A stretch of 64,000 nt of DNA from an uncultured archaeon (GTDB taxonomy: Archaea > Aenigmatarchaeota > Aenigmatarchaeia > CG10238-14). This document shows, in pieces, positions 36,165-45,445 of this stretch. The notes beneath the pieces are model-generated. The model did not search any database. It saw nothing but the letters and a program-made list of their open reading frames with translations, and was not told the DNA's origin. Position numbers and translations under genes: made by a program. The stretch spans positions 29,133 through 93,132 of the forward strand of contig CAYMPD010000003.1 of NCBI GenBank assembly GCA_964392445.1, read 5' to 3'. Positions within the stretch are counted from its first letter, which is position 1, and each line of letters opens with the position of its first letter.

Positions 36165-38000
36165 CTATTTCTCAAAAATTAGTACACTCTCCTTTTTAAT
36201 ATTCCCATAACTCGTCTTTTGCAACTCTCTTCTTATCAACTTATCTTGCTTGAATCCCAAGTTCTTCCCAATATCAGCCAACACCTTACTATTTGGTATT
36301 TCCACAAAGTCTCCATTTACTTTGAAATGATTATTTCCTATAATAACCGCAGCTTTACTACCTTTTTTCATAACCCTTTTCATCTCCTTAAACGAATAGA
36401 ACATATCTATGAAGAATTTGTAAACCCTCAAAGCCGCATTTTTCCTTCCATTGTTAAGAAGTAATTCAACGTATTTATGAGCTAATTTTGATATTTTGAG
36501 TGGATCTTTTTCTTCATCCTCAATCATTTCCAGTAATTCTTCCTTGTCATAATTTATCCTAGGATTACCCATCATATTCTGTTCCAGATCCTCCTTGGAA
36601 TCTACGAGTTTTAACATTCTCAATTGAGGATAGTCATTTTTAATATAATCCAAAGCCGTTGAATAAGGTGGAGAATTTACAATGCCATTAATTTGTCCAG
36701 GATTAATCACATCCATAGCTCTGGTGTCAGTACAGTGAGTTTCTGAAGCACCGGGTTTTATTTTCAGTAAATCATTTAATTCATGGAAAAGGAATAATCT
36801 CAAATAGATATCATTTAAACGATCTTCAAAAACACTATAAAACTCATTCTTAGTTCTTCTAGCCACATCGCTTATTGAACCAGATAAAGCTAATAAAAAG
36901 AACTCCTTAATTGGACCTTCTTTCATTTTTTTAATCAATTCTCTTGCTATTATAATCTTTTTTACAACATCTACACTATTCCTAAACTTTGCAAAGTCCG
37001 TAACATCCTTATATAATTCTTCAGCCTCTTTTTCGACTTCCTCAAACTCAATTCCATTGTTCCCTAGAGTTTCTTGTCCCCTTACGTTGGTCTCAAATAT
37101 TTTTATCTTCCTTTTCAATTCAACTAAATACTCATCAATATTTTTTTTCAATTCTTTTGGTTCAATTTTTAGAGAATTACATTTCACATTAGACATCAAA
37201 ACCGATAAAGGGTTTATTTCGACTCCTCTACTATCCAATTCAATATGTGATGCTTCTAGAAGTAAAGTACCACTACCTGCGAAATTATCTAATACTACAC
37301 CTTCACTCTTAGGATAAACATAATTCAATAACGCACGTACCATTTTTGGATGGAACTTTCCCTTGTAAGGATGAATGTAGTGATTAAGATATAATGAAGG
37401 CTCTTCGCGAATAGCAAAATAGTCTTCTAGTCTTTTCCCTATTGATAATGTGGAAGATGCAGGTATCCAATTAACCTTTTTTATCAGGTGTGAAGTTAGA
37501 GTTTGAACATTTCTTTTTACTTCTTCTTCATTCCGACTTAATTTGGATATGTATTGAGATTTTTCTAAAAAATATTGATTCGTAATAAACCTAAAAAGAA
37601 TGTGATCCTTTTCTTCAAAGTATTGTACATTTCTACCAAGAACTCCATCTGCAAAAAGCTTTTTGAGTGTTTTATTGATACTATCTTTTTTTTCCACAAC
37701 TACGAATATCTCTCGAGTATAACCAAGTCTTTTTATGAGTTTTGTTATATTTTCTATATCCGATTTTTTAATATAATAACCTTGAATTTTTCCGTAGGGT
37801 AATTCATGGGTGATTATGTCTTGGATCCTCGTTGGTTTTTTTGTGAACATCTTCAAGGGATTTTTAACGAGTACATCGTGGAAATTCTTTATTGGCTTTA
37901 CATCTCCGAAGAGCCCATTCAACTCTAACTTAGCGAATTCTTCAGCTTCATGATCACTTTTAATGTTGTTAAAAAGTTTGAAGTAATAGTATGTGCTCAT
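36165..38000 (-). CDS. DNA amino-methyltransferase, probably N4-cytosine, alpha class, with long N-terminal extension
   Basis: HPYKGKFHP, VLDNFAGSGT (motif I), GVEINP, NSPPY (motif IV), IIGNN; motif I precedes motif IV. Confidence 0.88.
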   Translation of the reverse strand: MSTYYYFKLFNNIKSDHEAEEFAKLELNGLFGDVKPIKNFHDVLVKNPLKMFTKKPTRIQDIITHELPYGKIQGYYIKKSDIENITKLIKRLGYTREIFVVVEKKDSINKTLKKLFADGVLGRNVQYFEEKDHILFRFITNQYFLEKSQYISKLSRNEEEVKRNVQTLTSHLIKKVNWIPASSTLSIGKRLEDYFAIREEPSLYLNHYIHPYKGKFHPKMVRALLNYVYPKSEGVVLDNFAGSGTLLLEASHIELDSRGVEINPLSVLMSNVKCNSLKIEPKELKKNIDEYLVELKRKIKIFETNVRGQETLGNNGIEFEEVEKEAEELYKDVTDFAKFRNSVDVVKKIIIARELIKKMKEGPIKEFFLLALSGSISDVARRTKNEFYSVFEDRLNDIYLRLFLFHELNDLLKIKPGASETHCTDTRAMDVINPGQINGIVNSPPYSTALDYIKNDYPQLRMLKLVDSKEDLEQNMMGNPRINYDKEELLEMIEDEEKDPLKISKLAHKYVELLLNNGRKNAALRVYKFFIDMFYSFKEMKRVMKKGSKAAVIIGNNHFKVNGDFVEIPNSKVLADIGKNLGFKQDKLIRRELQKTSYGNIKKESVLIFEK

Positions 38001-38047
38001 GATCCTTACCTACACTTAATTTTACTTCTATAAATTTATTCTTCATG

Positions 38048-38185
38048 TCATTTTTCTGAAAGTTTCATTATTTCTCGTGCTTGTCTAAATATCGTAGGTT
38101 CTGGCTCATCCCCATCCAACAAACCATCTATTTCATGCATTATTTCCATAGCTAATTCATTTATTTTTTCCAATCTTTTATCCAT
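38048..38185 (-). CDS. Small acidic helical protein (45 aa), not in the ORF track
   Basis: AAGGTGA SD; MDKRLEKINELAMEIMHEIDGLLDGDEPEPTIFRQAREIMKLSEK*. Confidence 0.6.
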   Translation of the reverse strand: MDKRLEKINELAMEIMHEIDGLLDGDEPEPTIFRQAREIMKLSEK

Positions 38186-38267
38186 TTCATCACCTTATTT
38201 ACGTAGTTTTTTACGTATAGTAGATATATATTTTTCGATATTTAAATGTTACGTAGGTGTTGACGTA

Positions 38268-38420
38268 GTGTTAAAAAAGAAACTTGTAAAGCAAGGATCA
38301 GGTGTATATACAATAACAATACCAAAACATATAGTGAAAGCTAAAGGATGGGAAAATACCGAATTTACATTGGAACTAAAAGAAGATAAAATAATACTAA
38401 CAGAATCCAATGGCGATTAA
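38268..38420 (+). CDS. AbrB/MazE-type DNA-binding protein (50 aa), not in the ORF track
   Basis: AGGTG SD, GTG start; KLVKQGSGVYTITIPKHIVKAKGWENTEFTLELKEDKIIL. Confidence 0.72.
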   Translation: MLKKKLVKQGSGVYTITIPKHIVKAKGWENTEFTLELKEDKIILTESNGD

Positions 38421-38579
38421 ATTTTTTAACACTCAAAATTAACTCTATTATTTTTTATATTTTAATAAAATTATTGAGTAAGTCCTTAAGTCCCCGTTTT
38501 TATTGTAATAATATCTATTTTATCTCTATCGTATAAAAAAATTAAACAAGTGTATACAAAATTTAATCAATATCGAATA

Positions 38580-39998
38580 TCAAGAAAGTAATTTCCTAAC
38601 CATTTCTGGATGCTCAGTATGAACAGGAACAATCTCGCGAGGATCAACCTTCTCCACGAAATTTTTCAACTGAGGACCAGAGGCATGACCAGAAACATGT
38701 GTCCTATGAATATCCAAACCGAAATGGTCGAGCCAGTGCTTAATCCTTTCCCAATTAAGTTCCATCTCCGCATCAAAAGGCTCACAAACTGATTTCAAAT
38801 AAACAGATCCTTTAACTGGTTTAATATCAATCAATTCCTGAAGATCATAATTAGTGCAAAAAAACATATACTCCTCCTGATTACCACTAACATCCTTGTA
38901 ACAGATAGCTTGGTCCAGGTAGGGTTTCTCCCATTTATCGTAATCTTGCATGAGGATCCTATAGTCGCATTTACTCCCGATTAAACCCCATGATTTCCGC
39001 GAAGCATAAAGCTGGACAGTATCATCATCCAGACTAGGAACATCAGCATCCTTGCAATCCTTCAGAAGTTCAATCAAATAAGCCTGTTTAAGACTTATCG
39101 CTAGTTTTTTACCAATATCTTTAGTAGCATTAACAAACGACATCATCCTGTCAGTGTCTCTTACCGGCCAGTTACAGACCGTCAGGCCCTTTTTGGAGCA
39201 ATAATTACCCACTTCCTTTTCAACATCCTTTTCCGTCCTGAATCTTTTCTCATCAATCCTTGTTCCCTCGATTATGAGCTTATCCACATCCTCGTTTGCA
39301 CATACTTGCATAAATTCTTTTGTTTTTTCTCCTCTGCGGCCGTGAAATCGGAAGTCTCCAGTGTAAACAATAGTCCCAGAAGAGGTACGAATGATAAATC
39401 CTGTAGCTCCGGGAAGACTGTGATCAACGTTAAACGGAACAATCTCAAGTGAATCTATCTTGAACTTTTTACCAAAGTCGAATATCTCGAATTCTCTTGG
39501 TTTAAGAATTTCCGGATGAGTTCTTGTTGTTTTTCTACTTTTTGTCCCTTTGGTGTTGGTGTATGTTTCAAAACTCCTCCTTATTTCCGTTAATTCATTA
39601 AATCCTGTCCTGGAAGTGTCGTTAAGAGCTTTAAGAATGCAGTAAGTTGGTTTTGAACAGTGAATTGGAATATCCTGGCGAAGGTGATGAATGTATGCAA
39701 CATGATCAGCATGAGCGTGTGTTAAAAGAACACCCTGGAATTCGGTATCTTCAGGTTTTCTTCCCATATGTTTAAGATAATCCCGCCGGTACAATCCTTT
39801 GATATCAGGTAATAACCCCAATTCCAAAAAATCCCCTATACCATTACATTTACGTGGCTGTAAAAATTCCGAGAAGTATTTACCAGTCTGTCCAAAACTC
39901 ATTCCAAAGTCCAGGAATATCTTTGTTCCCTCATCTTCCAGAAGTATTTTATTCCCACCAATCTCATTCAGTCCGCCAAGGACTTTTATCTGGACCAT
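38580..39998 (-). CDS. Metallo-beta-lactamase / beta-CASP nuclease (RNase J-like)
   Basis: GGLNEIGGN, LDFG, THAHADH, VDHS, YTGDFR, HVSGH, PVHTEH. Confidence 0.85.
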   Translation of the reverse strand: MVQIKVLGGLNEIGGNKILLEDEGTKIFLDFGMSFGQTGKYFSEFLQPRKCNGIGDFLELGLLPDIKGLYRRDYLKHMGRKPEDTEFQGVLLTHAHADHVAYIHHLRQDIPIHCSKPTYCILKALNDTSRTGFNELTEIRRSFETYTNTKGTKSRKTTRTHPEILKPREFEIFDFGKKFKIDSLEIVPFNVDHSLPGATGFIIRTSSGTIVYTGDFRFHGRRGEKTKEFMQVCANEDVDKLIIEGTRIDEKRFRTEKDVEKEVGNYCSKKGLTVCNWPVRDTDRMMSFVNATKDIGKKLAISLKQAYLIELLKDCKDADVPSLDDDTVQLYASRKSWGLIGSKCDYRILMQDYDKWEKPYLDQAICYKDVSGNQEEYMFFCTNYDLQELIDIKPVKGSVYLKSVCEPFDAEMELNWERIKHWLDHFGLDIHRTHVSGHASGPQLKNFVEKVDPREIVPVHTEHPEMVRKLLS

Positions 39999-40054
39999 AT
40001 GTTATTATTCGAGAATTAGAGTTAATAATGTAATTCTGATGAGATGGACTATTT

Positions 40055-40453
40055 TTAATGGAGTCTGTAGTTCATCGTTCTTCTTAATTTCGAAATTGAG
40101 TCCCTTGGTATCTCTAAATGGTCTTCCATATAATCATCTGCTCCTTGTTCTGATTGTTTTACTTTCCAAAAACCCAACTCTTCAATTTCCCTTTTGAGTC
40201 TTGTTGGTATCCAAACTCCTCCAGAAAACATATAAGCGCTATGATATTCAACCAAAGATGTCGCCGCTATTCTATTTTTTCGAGGATTATAACCGAGAAC
40301 AACTAACTCCGACGAGCCAAAAATAGGATCATAAATTAATTTAGTCGTTGCTATCAATAAATCTCCCTTCCTAGCCGGGATCCATTCTGGTAGTTCACTT
40401 AGTCCTAGATAAGCATTCAGTACTTGTCGTTTATTTAATCTGGATGCACTCAT
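40055..40453 (-). CDS. Hypothetical protein
   Basis: 132-aa ORF. Confidence 0.6.
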   Translation of the reverse strand: MSASRLNKRQVLNAYLGLSELPEWIPARKGDLLIATTKLIYDPIFGSSELVVLGYNPRKNRIAATSLVEYHSAYMFSGGVWIPTRLKREIEELGFWKVKQSEQGADDYMEDHLEIPRDSISKLRRTMNYRLH

Positions 40454-40524
40454 ACAAATCTTACAACTAAAAAAGAATGCAACATATTTAAACCCTAATG
40501 TACCATATTCTTGGGACGATTATT

Positions 40525-40818
40525 ATGAACAAATCAAAACTCAATTACTTCGTCGACCTACTCATGGCTATAGCATTCATAATCACATCCATATCAGGAT
40601 TAGTTCTATTTTTCTTTCTACCGGAAGGACGTGGAAGAGCTGGAGACACATATTTTTTAGGATTAGTAAGACATGATTGGCGATTAATTCACGACTGGTC
40701 TGGTATAGCTATGGTAGTCCTGGTTTTGCTTCATTTGGTTTTACACTGGCAATGGATAGTTTGTATGACAAAAAACTTCCTTGGTAGGGAGATTAAGAAT
40801 ATCAAAAGAGAAAAATAA
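40525..40818 (+). CDS. DUF4405-like small membrane protein
   Basis: SISGLVLFF...W..IHDWSGI...HLVLHWQWI. Confidence 0.82.
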   Translation: MNKSKLNYFVDLLMAIAFIITSISGLVLFFFLPEGRGRAGDTYFLGLVRHDWRLIHDWSGIAMVVLVLLHLVLHWQWIVCMTKNFLGREIKNIKREK

Positions 40819-40859
40819 TCTCTCATAAAGTATTAATTCAATCGAAAATCCAAATAAAA

Positions 40860-41576
40860 TTATAAAATTTCCCCTTGTAATACCCTTTCGGTGTCTTCTC
40901 TCCACTCAACTTCATGTAATGTCTCTCTCTCTGGATACCTGATATCTCTAACTACTTCTTCAAATTTTTCTTTTTCTACAATTGGGAGTCCATATCTAAT
41001 TATACTCTCACTTACTGTATCCCCTTTTTCTAAGCCATCTAAAAATTGATCTACTGAGCGGTAGGCTATGTGAAGAGGGATACCATCACGCATTACACTA
41101 ACTCCAGTTGGGCCGTATGTTGTCCTCTCTGTTTTTACTGCAGCAAAAACCACTTTGCTACCATAACCCCAAGGAACTCTTTCTGGAAATATCCTCTTAT
41201 CTTCACTAGGGCCCTCTTCTGTAATTACCATAAGATCGAAATCTTCAGGTATATCTCTAGTTTCTATTGTTTCCCCTTCAACTTCTGGCCCAAATAAATA
41301 CCATTTCTTCCTTGTTCTTGTTATTTCCTTTGGAGGAAAATGTCTGTATAAAACACTTCCATAAACAACCATCGTGTCAATATCTTCTGGTCTCACTTGG
41401 TATTCGAAGAATTCTAAACCAGTTGCACTTCTATAGAGTTGAACCAAATCTACTGAAACTGTACCACAATGAGGAATTTCTATCGATAAATTTCCAAGCC
41501 TACCCGATTGAAAATATTTTTCCATTAATTCAGGAGTTATACTTTTTCTCATAGTATTTGTATAAAAAGCGTACAT
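40860..41576 (-). CDS. Putative Pol-beta-fold nucleotidyltransferase
   Basis: VVYGSV...(insert)...EDFDLMVI GS/DxD signature. Confidence 0.6.
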   Translation of the reverse strand: MYAFYTNTMRKSITPELMEKYFQSGRLGNLSIEIPHCGTVSVDLVQLYRSATGLEFFEYQVRPEDIDTMVVYGSVLYRHFPPKEITRTRKKWYLFGPEVEGETIETRDIPEDFDLMVITEEGPSEDKRIFPERVPWGYGSKVVFAAVKTERTTYGPTGVSVMRDGIPLHIAYRSVDQFLDGLEKGDTVSESIIRYGLPIVEKEKFEEVVRDIRYPERETLHEVEWREDTERVLQGEIL

Positions 41577-41648
41577 TTTTATATCTATCTTTTGTTAGTA
41601 CTTTTCAATTGTTAATATTAAATATGGGATAGATTCATCCATTTTAAT

Positions 41649-42992
41649 TTAATCCCCAAGTATAGCTCTTCTCACAAAATGTTCCGCCCTCATATATTCA
41701 TCAGTTTTCCAAAGATCTGCGGGCCAATCATACCCAGGATCCCTATAATAGTCCGCTATCAATCCTATAACTTCAGGATAGCTAAATCCCTTATCCATCA
41801 ATTCATGTGTCAAATGTCTTATCTGATGAGGCCTCAATAAATTATCCATTGGATATCTCAGAATTTCTTGGGATCTATCTGTTAATTGCTGAGAATCCAA
41901 TTTGCGTTTCAATTCTTCCTGATCGGGTAGTCCCCAGGAAATATCATCTTCATTTATACCGCAACTAGATCTCCTTACTCTATCTACATCTGCTTGAAAA
42001 TCAGGTTCATCTCTATATCTTTGACCTTCCAACTGATTTCTTAATTCCCGATGTTTTGCATACATATCAGATTCTTTATAGGAATCAATTAAAGATAATA
42101 GATTGCCCCTCGGAGGTACGGCGGAAGTTGTCCTTGCAATTTCTGCGGCTGCACTATAACCATGTCGTTCATCCTGACGCATTCCTACAAGATCAAAAAG
42201 AGAAATACCTGAAACTAAAGGTAAAGTTATTATTGGAGGACCCCCATGTTGATATTTTGGATACATAAAATGCTTTTGGTGTGTAGAGTACATTGATCTA
42301 GTAGCTCTTCTGTGTATAAGATAAGCATGTTGAGTGATATCAACAATTGCTATTTCTTCATCTTCTCCAAATACATCCGATGTTCTTAAAGGTAATTCAC
42401 CTTCTCCTTTAAGTTCTTCAAAAATAAAATCAGATATCCTACCAAGGGCAGCAAAGATTATATTATCTTGTAACATCTGTGTACCACGATATCTTTCTTT
42501 TCCTTCAATTTGATCTATTCTAGAAATCGCGGTCCAAGGTAAAACTTTTAATTCAACCCCTAAATCTAATAATCTATCATAACTCTCAGTTTGCCGACCT
42601 ATATGTGTCATAAGATGAGCACCCTGACCAGTAATTTGTCTTTTGTGATAAACATGCTCGTCTCTTAAAAATCTCTCCAAAACTCTTATCGTAGGCATTA
42701 ATCTCCTAAATGTAGAAAGGGGATCTTCAAATATTCTTGAAGGGTCTCTTAAGTTTCCATATTCTAAGTCAAAAATCCACAGTAAACCTTTCTCATCTTG
42801 CACAGCTCTATGAATATCCCAACCCTCCCGCAAGAGATCTCCCAAATGCACTTTCCAATACCTTTTTTCCACATAATTGGGGTCTGGGTTACCACCTCTA
42901 ATATAAGCGGCATTTCCCACATATTCCCAGATTCTATCCCTTACTTCAGGCTTCTGGTACCATTGCAATACCATTTCATGATAATTATCCAT
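41649..42992 (-). CDS. Archaeo-eukaryotic primase (AEP)-like protein with helical C-terminal domain
   Basis: WIFDLEY (motif I), ITGQGAHL (motif II), IVDIT (motif III); C-terminal LLRPHQIRHLTHELMDKG. Confidence 0.62.
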   Translation of the reverse strand: MDNYHEMVLQWYQKPEVRDRIWEYVGNAAYIRGGNPDPNYVEKRYWKVHLGDLLREGWDIHRAVQDEKGLLWIFDLEYGNLRDPSRIFEDPLSTFRRLMPTIRVLERFLRDEHVYHKRQITGQGAHLMTHIGRQTESYDRLLDLGVELKVLPWTAISRIDQIEGKERYRGTQMLQDNIIFAALGRISDFIFEELKGEGELPLRTSDVFGEDEEIAIVDITQHAYLIHRRATRSMYSTHQKHFMYPKYQHGGPPIITLPLVSGISLFDLVGMRQDERHGYSAAAEIARTTSAVPPRGNLLSLIDSYKESDMYAKHRELRNQLEGQRYRDEPDFQADVDRVRRSSCGINEDDISWGLPDQEELKRKLDSQQLTDRSQEILRYPMDNLLRPHQIRHLTHELMDKGFSYPEVIGLIADYYRDPGYDWPADLWKTDEYMRAEHFVRRAILGD

Positions 42993-43893
42993 AGCCTCCC
43001 CTTTTTAGAACGTCAATGAATCTTTCTCTAGACCTCTTTAAAGCTTCTAAATCTTCATTTTGAATTTCCAATATAACCGGCTTATCCCCGAGATAAGGTA
43101 TAATCCTCCTTAAATCCTGATTGATGTAAACCCCCAAAGGACCATCGGTTCTAGCATTAGTTGAGCGGTAATTGGCAACATGATAATGTGTGATATTTTC
43201 CCCAAAATCGTCTATGAAACTAGCCACATCTCCTACAACACTCCTTTCCTTTCTCGGGTATCCTAATATATCGTCTCTTAGATGGGAATTCCTTTTTTCC
43301 CTCAAAATACTGTAACTGTGGAGGATATGTGGGATATCTAGAACCATATAAGTGTATTCTGGATAATAATCAGTACATTCTCTGGTAAGTCTAGCTGTCT
43401 CTTCTAGTGTAGAGGGACCACCACTGTACTCCAGATTCTCAATTCCCAATCCATAAGAATGTTCATTTTCTCTATGATAAGGAACTAAATGTTCCCTAAA
43501 AACATCACCAAAAATACCAAACCTCTCTATTCTTTGTCCTGGTGTCAGAAATTCTTCTAGTGGTTGTTGTATCGGGTGTAAAACTAATACTTTTGCACCT
43601 ACATCATCGGTTAAATCCATCCTTTTCTGGTACATTTCTATACTTTTTCTTCTAACCTCCTCATCTGGTGAAGATATATCAACTCCGTTTTGTGTAGGTG
43701 TGTGAACAGAAAGAAAATCAACTCTATTTAATATATTACGTTCCAATTTACCATATTTCCATATTCCTTTTTCAGGTTGTAGTTCTATCGCTATGTCTGA
43801 AAAGTGGGGGAAACCTAATCTAAATAAGGTTGTGGATAATCTTCTTTGTCCCTTCGCACAATCGGATATAGCATAACCTACTGGTGAACTCAT
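42985..43893 (-). CDS. Xylose-isomerase-like / AP endonuclease 2 TIM-barrel protein
   Basis: SVHTP, DISSPDEEVRRKS, VLHP, GIENL, LDIPH, HYHV, ILEI. Confidence 0.82.
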   Translation of the reverse strand: MSSPVGYAISDCAKGQRRLSTTLFRLGFPHFSDIAIELQPEKGIWKYGKLERNILNRVDFLSVHTPTQNGVDISSPDEEVRRKSIEMYQKRMDLTDDVGAKVLVLHPIQQPLEEFLTPGQRIERFGIFGDVFREHLVPYHRENEHSYGLGIENLEYSGGPSTLEETARLTRECTDYYPEYTYMVLDIPHILHSYSILREKRNSHLRDDILGYPRKERSVVGDVASFIDDFGENITHYHVANYRSTNARTDGPLGVYINQDLRRIIPYLGDKPVILEIQNEDLEALKRSRERFIDVLKRGGYG

Positions 43894-43998
43894 TTTTAAC
43901 TCTCCTCGTGAAACCGATCTCTGAAATTTATCTTATTTAACGTTTAAAAGGGAAAATTAGTCTTCTTTAAAAGCTTTTATAAATTTTAATCAGAATTT

Positions 43999-44229
43999 TC
44001 ATATATCCATCCAGTTTTCAATCTCTTCCTTAGTTTCTTTCACCGGTTTCATTTCTTGTTTCACTTCCACTTCAGTCGATGTTCTCTTATACAATTCTTT
44101 TCTTATTTTTTCCAGATTATCCTTAATAAACCGTCTATACTCATCAAATCTGTCTTTTGGATATTCGTGCTTATTAAACATCATCTCTTTTACCATTTTG
44201 AAGGTCATGTCAACTTCTTTTTCTTTCAT
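43999..44229 (-). CDS. Hypothetical charged protein
   Basis: 76 aa with GGTGGA SD. Confidence 0.6.
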   Translation of the reverse strand: MKEKEVDMTFKMVKEMMFNKHEYPKDRFDEYRRFIKDNLEKIRKELYKRTSTEVEVKQEMKPVKETKEEIENWMDI

Positions 44230-44339
44230 TAATTTTCCACCAAAAATTTCAATTAAATTATTCTCTTTAACAGTTATAAATTTCTTTGGATTTTTAACCT
44301 AACCATCGATTTTAAAAGTTTTACTACCAATTTACATGC

Positions 44340-44612
44340 ATGTCTCAGGACAAAGAACCTTATGGTTTTTGGCACGGGCCCGTAATTCTACCCACTGATT
44401 TCCCGGAAGGCTACAGTAGAATAACCAGAAGTGAAGTTCCAAAGGCAGATAATATTTATGGCGATTTTACTTTTTACACAGACGGTAGACGCTTCTTCGG
44501 GCGTTCAGAAGATGTATCAATCACATGGCAGCCAACACAAAGAGAACTTACAATCGAAGAAAGTGCGGGAAGAGTAAGAACCCATACTAAATTGCAAGCA
44601 AGAAGAAATTAA
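44340..44612 (+). CDS. Hypothetical protein
   Basis: 90-aa ORF. Confidence 0.55.
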   Translation: MSQDKEPYGFWHGPVILPTDFPEGYSRITRSEVPKADNIYGDFTFYTDGRRFFGRSEDVSITWQPTQRELTIEESAGRVRTHTKLQARRN

Positions 44613-44660
44613 TTACCACGTTCTTATATTTTAGTCCAAAAAACTAGTTATATACTAACG

Positions 44661-45089
44661 GTGAAGAACATGCAAACAATCGAGGAATACGAAAAATCCC
44701 AGGATTCATGGGAAAAATTACTTAAACCAAAGAGAAGAGTAATGGGAATTCTACCGAAACAAGGATTACCAACACAATTGATGAGAAAAATAAATCAAGA
44801 GCCCTATTTACTCGCCGAGAGAGAGGTCTCTCAACTCTTTGAGCTTAGTGATATGATTAACCCCGATAACGAAGACCTGATGAAAGTACAGAGTGCTAGA
44901 GAAAGATTTGAATCAGAATTAAAAGAAATCTATCCTTCATTAGATTGGGATCAGGGCAGAAATGAAAAAGGACTAAAGTTAAAATCAGAAAGATTAGGAA
45001 ACCTTAAAGGTATGAGTAGAGTCTTCCCAAAAATCGGTAAAGAAAGAAAAGAAAAATCTAAACTGGAAAGAGACCAAAATAAATCCTAA
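44661..45089 (+). CDS. Hypothetical protein
   Basis: 142-aa charged ORF. Confidence 0.55.
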   Translation: MKNMQTIEEYEKSQDSWEKLLKPKRRVMGILPKQGLPTQLMRKINQEPYLLAEREVSQLFELSDMINPDNEDLMKVQSARERFESELKEIYPSLDWDQGRNEKGLKLKSERLGNLKGMSRVFPKIGKERKEKSKLERDQNKS

Positions 45090-45346
45090 AATTCCACAAC
45101 TCCTGGGTATAATTGACCATTTTCTTGAAGTATAGTGCCCATCATATAGTCCTGGACTTTTTCATATGGTAAACCGGTTCTCCTAGCCACTTCGTCAGAT
45201 TCCATTACCTTCACATAATTTTGAGGATCTTGAGAAAATATTTCAAAATTTGCTTGACTTGCATTTGGACCAACTAGAAATTCTTCATTTTCCTGAACTA
45301 AATGTTTAGAGACCAATAGCCATCTACAGCATCTCACATAAAGCAT
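45086..45346 (-). CDS. Hypothetical protein
   Basis: 86-aa ORF with GGTGA SD. Confidence 0.55.
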   Translation of the reverse strand: MLYVRCCRWLLVSKHLVQENEEFLVGPNASQANFEIFSQDPQNYVKVMESDEVARRTGLPYEKVQDYMMGTILQENGQLYPGVVEF

Positions 45347-45445
45347 TCTTATTCACCATTGATTTTTTCTAACATTTAATCTTAAATTTCTATCCTTCCG
45401 AATAACTCCCCAATTCTATTTATTTTTCAATTAACAACTACTCCT

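Noticed and set aside
31200-45400. Integrase, transposase or tRNA att site bounding the large variable region
   Set aside because: No recombinase or transposase motifs recognised, and no copy of any of the five tRNA 3' ends noticed there by eye.
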